A DNA stretch of 64,000 nt from a virus. Its lineage: Duplodnaviria; Caudoviricetes. Positions 57,512 through 64,000 of this stretch are shown here, in pieces. Under the pieces are notes generated by a model. That model ran no database searches. It was not told the origin of the DNA and saw nothing but the letters and a program-made list of their open reading frames with translations. A program made the position numbers and the translations under genes. The DNA is taken from the IMG/VR virus record IMGVR_UViG_3300035498_000956, one strand, 5' to 3'. Position 1 is the stretch's first letter. The number at the start of each line of letters is the position of its first letter.

Positions 57512-58042
57512 ATGTCGATAATGGAAGAGATTTATATTATGACGCATTTAATACATCAGTTTGATGAAGGAGGCAACGTGTTTAGTTTGATTTCACAAGG
57601 TTCTTCAAAATCAGTTTGGGAAGTTGCTGAGGGTTATGTCATAAAAACTCCCAATATGGAATATGATTATTGTCAAGACGAGATTAATTTATATAATGAA
57701 GCTCGTGAACAAGGACTAAGTAAATTCTTTGCTTTGACTTTTAAGTTTGATAATCATGAAATTCAAGAGCGGGTTGAACCAGTAGAGATGGTTCAATGCC
57801 AAGATACAAAGCAGATAGTTCAATGGAATACAGATATGACTGGTAAAGGATTTGAAACTATTCAATATGAAATGTCTGTTAATTTACAGCAGAAACTTCT
57901 AGAAAAATATGGTGAGGAAGAGCTACTAAAGTTTGATGAGTTCGTTACTAATTTTGGTATTAATGATATTAGAGATAATAACTGGGGTTATAATGAACGA
58001 GGTAATCTAGTATTATTTGATTTTAGTGGTTACGCCGATTAG
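57512..58042 (+). CDS. Protein-kinase-like fold protein
   Basis: ISQGSSKSVW, YVIKTP, E helix, IQERV, catalytic-loop-like DIRDNN, LFDFSG. Confidence 0.7.
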   Translation: MSIMEEIYIMTHLIHQFDEGGNVFSLISQGSSKSVWEVAEGYVIKTPNMEYDYCQDEINLYNEAREQGLSKFFALTFKFDNHEIQERVEPVEMVQCQDTKQIVQWNTDMTGKGFETIQYEMSVNLQQKLLEKYGEEELLKFDEFVTNFGINDIRDNNWGYNERGNLVLFDFSGYAD

Positions 58043-58054
58043 GGGAATAGATAG

Positions 58055-58639
58055 ATGGATTTAAACAAAAGAAAGAAGTTATCGAATTTATGGGTGATTT
58101 CAGGTTTTGTAGTAAATTTAGTATCATCTTTTGTTTATCCCTTCGTCTATTATATAGCACTGCAAGCTATTCCATCGAGTTTATTGTCTTTTGAGCAGAT
58201 AATAAGTTGCCTTGGAGTAGCTTTTTTTGGTTTTCTATGGAATAGAATAGGGGATAAACTGTTTCGACATTTTACTAGTGCAATTCTTATCAACATCATA
58301 GGAACGATTGCTATTATTATAGTTACGTTATTGACTAAAAATTTATCAGCTTATTATTTAATCAACGTGGTTATCGCCGCGACAGTATCAACGAATGTAA
58401 CCTGCGGGCATATTAAAATGAAGACATTGATTAATCCGACAAGCGAAGAACGAGAACATTTTGACAACCGCAATAACACAGCTTATTCAATAGGAACACT
58501 ATGTGGGGCGACGCTGGCATTGTTTTCTTCTATTGACTTTACAACGGCATTTGTGGCATCGAATATAATATACATAATAGATGATATCGTGTCCATCTAT
58601 ATTTATAAGCAGATAAAATCAAATGAAAAACAGAGTTGA
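58055..58639 (+). CDS. Multi-pass membrane protein (half-MFS-like)
   Basis: ~6 hydrophobic segments; GFLWNRIGDKL resembles the MFS motif A loop. Confidence 0.6.
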   Translation: MDLNKRKKLSNLWVISGFVVNLVSSFVYPFVYYIALQAIPSSLLSFEQIISCLGVAFFGFLWNRIGDKLFRHFTSAILINIIGTIAIIIVTLLTKNLSAYYLINVVIAATVSTNVTCGHIKMKTLINPTSEEREHFDNRNNTAYSIGTLCGATLALFSSIDFTTAFVASNIIYIIDDIVSIYIYKQIKSNEKQS

Positions 58640-58689
58640 TTTTATTTTTAGCTTACGTTATAATAATAAAAGAAAGTGAGGGGATGCCA

Positions 58690-58917
58690 ATGGAGAAAAT
58701 TATTCTAAAATATAGATGGCAAGTTTATTTAATGTTGACAGGTTTGAGATTATTTAATGTGGATGAAAAAGTATTAGTTGCAATTTCTATTATTATATGC
58801 GGAGTTAAGTTAAAGGATGCGTATAATAGACAAGAGAAAGACGGTACTATTATTAATGGAACTAGTCTTTCTCTTAATATAATTAGTTTAATGAGCAGTC
58901 TATTGAATTGGACTTAA
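58690..58917 (+). CDS. Small membrane protein
   Basis: Start reassigned downstream of the promoter. Confidence 0.45.
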   Translation: MEKIILKYRWQVYLMLTGLRLFNVDEKVLVAISIIICGVKLKDAYNRQEKDGTIINGTSLSLNIISLMSSLLNWT

Positions 58918-58986
58918 TTGAAAGTGACGACAGATTATGATATAATAATTACAGTAAATGAGAAAAGCAGAGACAAATAAGAAAGG

Positions 58987-59463
58987 ATGATGTATATGAC
59001 AAACATCGCAACTGAGCTATATAATTGTGGAGGCTATGCCCTCGAGACATATGATTGGTATGACCCATCTCCTCTTGATATTAACATAGACTACTATGAT
59101 GAGTTTATCAATGAGGATTTACATATTGATGACGGCGTTGTGTATGATACAATATATGAAGCTTTATTAGACGGCGACTTAACAGAATCCCACCTTATGG
59201 AATACATGGTACACAATATTCTTATCGATGTTCATAGAAAGATTAGAAGAATCAATGACCTTTCTGAATTACAAGAGAATGAATATGGTGTACTATTTAG
59301 AGGAGGCTGTGACGATTTTCACTTCATCAAATATGAAGACGGAGTATTCAGCCATAAAATGGGCGGAAGAAAAGTTGAAATATTGGACATTTCAGAAGAA
59401 TGGGAGATAGATTGGTTAGGTTATACAAGCGAAACTTATTATTTCGCTATTGCTAGGAGGTAG
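58987..59463 (+). CDS. Hypothetical protein (Cys-His motif, possible papain-like fold)
   Basis: YNCGGYAL...DFHF...FSHKMG. Confidence 0.55.
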   Translation: MMYMTNIATELYNCGGYALETYDWYDPSPLDINIDYYDEFINEDLHIDDGVVYDTIYEALLDGDLTESHLMEYMVHNILIDVHRKIRRINDLSELQENEYGVLFRGGCDDFHFIKYEDGVFSHKMGGRKVEILDISEEWEIDWLGYTSETYYFAIARR

Positions 59464-59467
59464 TTAT

Positions 59468-60340
59468 ATGCAAGATTTTACTTTTTATGGAAAAATAAAA
59501 TATAAGGGTACTATTACTTCAGATGGAAAGTTAATAGGTGAATCTTATCTAGACAATGATTATAAAATAGTTAGAAGTGTTCGTTATCATGGTGGAGAAA
59601 AGTGTTCGGATTATACTAATTCTTCTCATTCAGTAACAATAGCAGGAGCTAAATTCTATGTTAAAGAGCAGGTGGGCTTAAATTTAAAATCTGTGTTTAC
59701 ATATGATGAGCTAATGAGGTTGATATCTGTTGAGGTTTATGATTTAGAAGAAAACAAACTCGATACTCTTTATATTTATAGCTATATTCAAGATACTAAT
59801 ATTGTAGCAACATATCTAGACGCAATTAAGCACGAATATATTACTGTTTATTATAATAAAAATAATCTCTATACGTATATAAATATGAATACTCAAAAAA
59901 TAGTTGCAACCTATTCTAACACAGACAAAAAATGTATAACATATTATGATACAGAGGGCAATGTTGTACAAACAATGTATAAAGATGATACTTCAGAGGT
60001 TGCTGATTGCAGTGATGGTAGTTACATCTATTCTGCATATAATAAAGACGGCGAATTAATTAAGTATATTAGTATCATGCCCGATGAAGATAATAAAGCT
60101 CCTAGTACTATTAGTGTACAAACTTTCCGTTATGATGATGAGAATCGAGAAATTTATAGCTCAATTGAAAGTAGATGGGATAATTTATATGACCTTGAAG
60201 AAACAGAATCTTATTATAATAAAGAGGGGCTAATCGATAAAGAAGTTATTTCTGTAACTCAAATAGATAAGGACGGACGCAGAATAAATGAACAATATGA
60301 GTATAACTATAATTGGGAAATTATAGACGAAGAGGAATAA
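59468..60340 (+). CDS. Hypothetical protein with YD-like beta repeats
   Basis: YYDTEGNVV, YNKDGELI, YDDENREI, YYNKEGLI. Confidence 0.55.
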   Translation: MQDFTFYGKIKYKGTITSDGKLIGESYLDNDYKIVRSVRYHGGEKCSDYTNSSHSVTIAGAKFYVKEQVGLNLKSVFTYDELMRLISVEVYDLEENKLDTLYIYSYIQDTNIVATYLDAIKHEYITVYYNKNNLYTYINMNTQKIVATYSNTDKKCITYYDTEGNVVQTMYKDDTSEVADCSDGSYIYSAYNKDGELIKYISIMPDEDNKAPSTISVQTFRYDDENREIYSSIESRWDNLYDLEETESYYNKEGLIDKEVISVTQIDKDGRRINEQYEYNYNWEIIDEEE

Positions 60341-60357
60341 AGAGGAGGAGTAATAAA

Positions 60358-60777
60358 ATGATTCGAGATTTAGAAGTTTGTTTTTTAAATGAAACTGGTA
60401 TGGAGTTAAGATATTTTGATTTGTTAGATGATGAATATGTAATGACACATCTCTCAGGAAAAGAAAAATGTATGAATGACCTTCCTGAATTAAAATACAT
60501 AATTTTACCATCATCTGAAGCACAAGATGAATTTATTGACATCATGCATAAAGCGGGCGAAATGTGCGGATGTAATTTTGATTTGCCAAAAAGTGATATC
60601 AAAAATGGTATTATATATCGTTATGATAAAGATAAGTGGAGCGTAATTCCAATTGAAGAACTGCAAGAAGCAAAACATATATTTATGACTGGCTCAGGAT
60701 TTAATGAACATTGGTTCGTTATTAATAAGTTAATAGACTTAAAAGATTTTCGTAGAAAACACCTAAAATTAACATAA
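60358..60777 (+). CDS. Hypothetical protein
   Basis: Start at ATG 60358 after GAGGAGGAG. Confidence 0.55.
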   Translation: MIRDLEVCFLNETGMELRYFDLLDDEYVMTHLSGKEKCMNDLPELKYIILPSSEAQDEFIDIMHKAGEMCGCNFDLPKSDIKNGIIYRYDKDKWSVIPIEELQEAKHIFMTGSGFNEHWFVINKLIDLKDFRRKHLKLT

Positions 60778-60866
60778 TAACATAGTTGCAAAAATCAGCA
60801 GACTATGATATAATAATTATAGAAAATCAAAAAGCCGAGGGTTAAATTGAAAAGGAGAAAATGCAT

Positions 60867-61373
60867 ATGAAAAAGATTTATGTTGCTTTTGATGGTTGCC
60901 AATTCAATAGTGCTTATGAGTGTCTCGTTTATGAGGAAGCTCGTAATAAAAACATATCAGAGTCTTTCAAAAAGACTATTAGAGCATATGATACTAATGG
61001 CGAAGAACTAGAAATTCCTAGTCTTATAGGAATCCTTCCTACTGATTATGATAATCAAAACGCATATCAAGAGATAAAAGATACTTTTCCTGATGAAGCA
61101 GAAGAATGTTTTGCGTTTGCAGAAGAAATGACATATATTAGCTGTGGAGACGCAGGTAATCTACAAAAGTTCAAAGAACAGATGAAAGCTCTAGGCGTGT
61201 TAACTGGATTTGATATAGACCTACCAGTAGAACAAATCTTTTATTCTCACGGGGTTTTCTATTTTAATGAGGAGACTCAAAAATTTGAAGCCATTACAGA
61301 ACAGCAATATAAAACAGCAAGAACTCTATCTGCTGTGTGTGACATGATTGATGAAGAGTTTCTCCCATTTTAG
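60867..61373 (+). CDS. Hypothetical protein
   Basis: YVAFDG..F.S..EC..YE N-terminal motif; own promoter. Confidence 0.6.
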   Translation: MKKIYVAFDGCQFNSAYECLVYEEARNKNISESFKKTIRAYDTNGEELEIPSLIGILPTDYDNQNAYQEIKDTFPDEAEECFAFAEEMTYISCGDAGNLQKFKEQMKALGVLTGFDIDLPVEQIFYSHGVFYFNEETQKFEAITEQQYKTARTLSAVCDMIDEEFLPF

Positions 61374-61466
61374 GGAGGAAGACAACTCAACTGAGTTGAT
61401 TTCTTTCATAAATCATGATATAATAATTATAGAAAATCGGAAATCAAGTGTAAAGAATAAAGGAGA

Positions 61467-62072
61467 ATGTTTATGGAACTAAAGAAAAATATTACAAATG
61501 CAATCGAGTTCGTTGACGGTTTCGACCTTTCAGTCGAGGACAAGGAAAAGCTTATGTGTAAGCTGGTTACACTAGAATGTGTAAAGAGCAAGAACGAAGA
61601 GTTAAGGAATGAAATTAAAGAACTAAAACAGGGAGTCAAGAATTGTCAATCTCCTTATAAAAAATCTAAAGAACACAAAAAAGTGGTCGATAGATATAAT
61701 GAGATTGAATTTAGAATAGACTATCAGCACAACGGCATGACAGAAATCTATTCTGATTACGACCTATGGAACTTTATCTACTATCTCTACGTTGATGCCG
61801 ACGAGGTAATTGGTAGGTATCTAGATAAATATGCGTGGGACGAAATGAACGGAGCTGATGGTATTATTAAGGAACTAAATGATAATCCACAGTTTATCTC
61901 TCAAATGAGATTGTCTATTGCAACAGCACTCTATAATGAAATTTTGGCAAGATGTGTATTAAATTATCAGAGGGGCAATAGAGAGACTCGATTTGAATTA
62001 GATATATATTCCTCTACACCTAAGATTGAAAACAGAATTTACATAAAAATGTTAAATGATTTAGAAGACTAG
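61467..62072 (+). CDS. Hypothetical protein
   Basis: 201 aa, RBS AAGGAG, own promoter. Confidence 0.6.
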   Translation: MFMELKKNITNAIEFVDGFDLSVEDKEKLMCKLVTLECVKSKNEELRNEIKELKQGVKNCQSPYKKSKEHKKVVDRYNEIEFRIDYQHNGMTEIYSDYDLWNFIYYLYVDADEVIGRYLDKYAWDEMNGADGIIKELNDNPQFISQMRLSIATALYNEILARCVLNYQRGNRETRFELDIYSSTPKIENRIYIKMLNDLED

Positions 62073-62111
62073 TAAAGAGCTGTAAAGAATCAGTAGAAAG
62101 GGGAGATTGAT

Positions 62112-62528
62112 ATGAAATCATTCACTTGTAGTTTAGTGTTATATTTCTATAATGAAGGTGAGTGTATTTACACGTTTGACCATGAAGTGTGGTCTAATCA
62201 ATTTCCTCTTAAGAATGCCTTTGAGGGCATAGCTGATTGTTTACAGCTCATTTCTGTTTCTGATGAGCTGGGATACCACTATGATTTGACCGTAAAACAA
62301 GTTAGATATTGTTACGATTTTCTTCAAAGATTTTATAGAGATTACTATAATAGTAGTAAAGCAAGAGCATTACTATCTCTCTTGAAAGACTATAATACGG
62401 ACGCTTATTTCGCCCGCATAAGCACAGATAGTCGCATGGAGTGGGAATTGAATCATGAGTTTGCGTTAAAAGTATTAGAGTTTGATAATATAAAAATTCG
62501 TTATTTCTATGAGGAATATCCCTCTTGA
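62112..62528 (+). CDS. Hypothetical protein
   Basis: 138 aa, RBS GGGGAG. Confidence 0.55.
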   Translation: MKSFTCSLVLYFYNEGECIYTFDHEVWSNQFPLKNAFEGIADCLQLISVSDELGYHYDLTVKQVRYCYDFLQRFYRDYYNSSKARALLSLLKDYNTDAYFARISTDSRMEWELNHEFALKVLEFDNIKIRYFYEEYPS

Positions 62529-62602
62529 TTTTGTTCGCAGAGTGTGATATAATTATTACAGTAAATGAGAAAAACAGAAACGAGTTTGAAAGGGGAGTGC
62601 AT

Positions 62603-63376
62603 ATGTTAAGAATGATTAGCGAGCAAGAGCAAGAGAGAGTTACAGCTATGGTTAAAATGATAGTTGGTGACGCTAAGAGAATATATAATCTCCGTGATGA
62701 TTGTGACTACATAGTAATTTCCTCTGAAACAGAGGGGAATACTCTCTATTCAATTGACGACATTCAGGACTTGTTAATAGAGCAAATGAAAAAGCAGTTC
62801 GGCACAGCTCAAAATTATGAATGTAATATATCAGTTAGTAAAGGTCTTACTAAACTTGTAATTGTTGATTCTACAAGAGAATATGCAATCAAGATACCAT
62901 TTACGGGGAGTGCATATGCAATAAATGAAGATTATACAGATTATAATTTCTATCCACTAAACTGTAATTATTGTAAAGAGGAGCAGGATATTTATAATAG
63001 TCTACCTGACAGTGTTAAGCCTATATTCGCAGAAACTAGATATCTATTATCAGTGAACGATTATATCGAAGTATACATACAAGAGCAGGTAGAAGAAGCC
63101 TTTGACGAAAGCTGGAAAAATGACGGTAGTTTGACTATTGATGATTTACCAGAAAAAGAGAAAGCACCAATGCAAAGCTTTAGAAAAAAGGGATATGTGT
63201 GGGATTTAGACCAGCAGTTTATCTATGATATTCTACTACGTTATGGCGAAATGACTGTTGAGGAGCTTATGGATACAATTTATGATGAGAATATTAATGA
63301 TTTACACAACGGAAATTATGGATATACAAGAGACGAAGAGCCAAAGATATTTGATTACAGTGGATGGAGAGACTAA
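62603..63376 (+). CDS. Protein-kinase-like fold protein
   Basis: SKGLTKLV, YAIKIP, CKEE, IQEQV, DLHNGN, IFDYSG; start at ATG 62603. Confidence 0.72.
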   Translation: MLRMISEQEQERVTAMVKMIVGDAKRIYNLRDDCDYIVISSETEGNTLYSIDDIQDLLIEQMKKQFGTAQNYECNISVSKGLTKLVIVDSTREYAIKIPFTGSAYAINEDYTDYNFYPLNCNYCKEEQDIYNSLPDSVKPIFAETRYLLSVNDYIEVYIQEQVEEAFDESWKNDGSLTIDDLPEKEKAPMQSFRKKGYVWDLDQQFIYDILLRYGEMTVEELMDTIYDENINDLHNGNYGYTRDEEPKIFDYSGWRD

Positions 63377-63473
63377 AATAGAGGCGGTGACCTAGTTGCC
63401 TTAATGCCCAGCTTATGATATAATTATTATAGTAAATGAGAAAAGCAGAGACGAGTTTGAAAGGGGAATGCAT

Positions 63474-64000
63474 ATGTTAAGAGAGATTAACAAACAAGAG
63501 GTAGAGGAAATCAAAGCTATAGTACAGGTTGCAACACTCTACGGTAAAGCAGTCTATTCAACTGTCGAAGATAATGACTTAGCTATAATAGAATTTGAAG
63601 ATGATATGATGGTATGCTATACAGTAGGCGAGCTACTCAATAAACTTAAATGGGACATTGCAACTAAACTGGGCGGAAGTAAAGAAGATTATATGGATAG
63701 ATTCCACATTTATAAAGGAGCAACTAAGCTTGTCATAGATGATGTTGAGAGAGATTATGTGATAAAGATACCTCTAGAAGGCGAAGCATCTACAGATGAT
63801 GATGGTATTTACTACCAATCTTTTAATTACGAGTATGACTACTGTGACATAGAAAAGAATATATACGAAGACTTACCTTACTGCGTTAAGCCTCTATTTG
63901 CAGAGACTCAATTCCTCTGCACTCTTGATAATTCAATATCAATCTATATACAAGAAAAGGTTACTGAATCATTCTACGACAGCGAGCAGGGTAGTAGAGA
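63474..64000 (+). CDS. Protein-kinase-like paralog (runs off the window)
   Basis: Not in the ORF track. MLREINKQE...YKGATKLVI...YVIKIP...YCDIEKNIY...VKPLFAET...YIQEKV aligns with 62603-63376. Confidence 0.72.
   Translation, partial: MLREINKQEVEEIKAIVQVATLYGKAVYSTVEDNDLAIIEFEDDMMVCYTVGELLNKLKWDIATKLGGSKEDYMDRFHIYKGATKLVIDDVERDYVIKIPLEGEASTDDDGIYYQSFNYEYDYCDIEKNIYEDLPYCVKPLFAETQFLCTLDNSISIYIQEKVTESFYDSEQGSR

Larger units (their letters stand above)
44097..63445 (+). promoter_or_regulatory. Dispersed family of ~19 near-identical strong sigmaA promoters
   Basis: TTGA(T/C/A)...TGATATAAT(A/T)ATTA(T/C)AG(A/T)AAAT near 44097, 46808, 46901, 48062, 48498, 49635, 51882, 52048, 52245, 55290, 55587, 56400, 56630, 58636, 58918, 60786, 61397, 62525, 63396 (approximate). 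Confidence 0.75.

Noticed and set aside
1-64000. Stop-codon reassignment (TAG/TGA), as seen in some gut phages
   Set aside because: Conserved genes are full length in code 11, TAG and TGA act as real stops at gene ends, the two split genes are explained by introns, and no suppressor tRNA is present.

Overview
This is a 64-kb segment of a large, AT-rich tailed-phage genome in the standard genetic code. Strong sigmaA-type promoters and GGAGG ribosome-binding sites point to a Firmicutes host, and a dockerin in the lysin suggests a cohesin-bearing, Ruminococcus-like host. The left arm (1-26 kb, minus strand) carries replication and nucleotide-metabolism genes: primase, a DnaB-like helicase split by an ORF-less group I intron, PIN-PhoH, a Sak4-like ATPase, SSB, 3 tRNAs, GyrA, GyrB split by a group I intron with a GIY-YIG endonuclease, a DNA methyltransferase, NrdD/NrdG, a PAPS-reductase-family protein, DNA ligase, RNase HI and a dNMP kinase. 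It also holds a promoter-driven, ORF-free, highly paired ~450-580 nt ncRNA candidate. Transcription diverges at ~26.07 kb. The right arm (plus strand) has a 2677-aa collagen/HAEG-repeat fibre, a lysis module (GH25-dockerin-M15 lysin, degenerate amidase, holin), UvrD and a ThyX-like protein. It then has an accessory region of small promoter-gene cassettes with RNA-repair enzymes (kinase-HD, metallophosphoesterase, RNA ligase), a DUF2828/TROVE-like gene followed by an anticodon-less tRNA-like RNA and ACAGC hairpins, an HPr-like protein and three kinase-fold paralogs. Window-wide patterns are an iterated palindrome CGCSGCG and terminators fused to the -35 box of the next promoter. All calls come from reading motifs by eye; no searches or folding programs were run.
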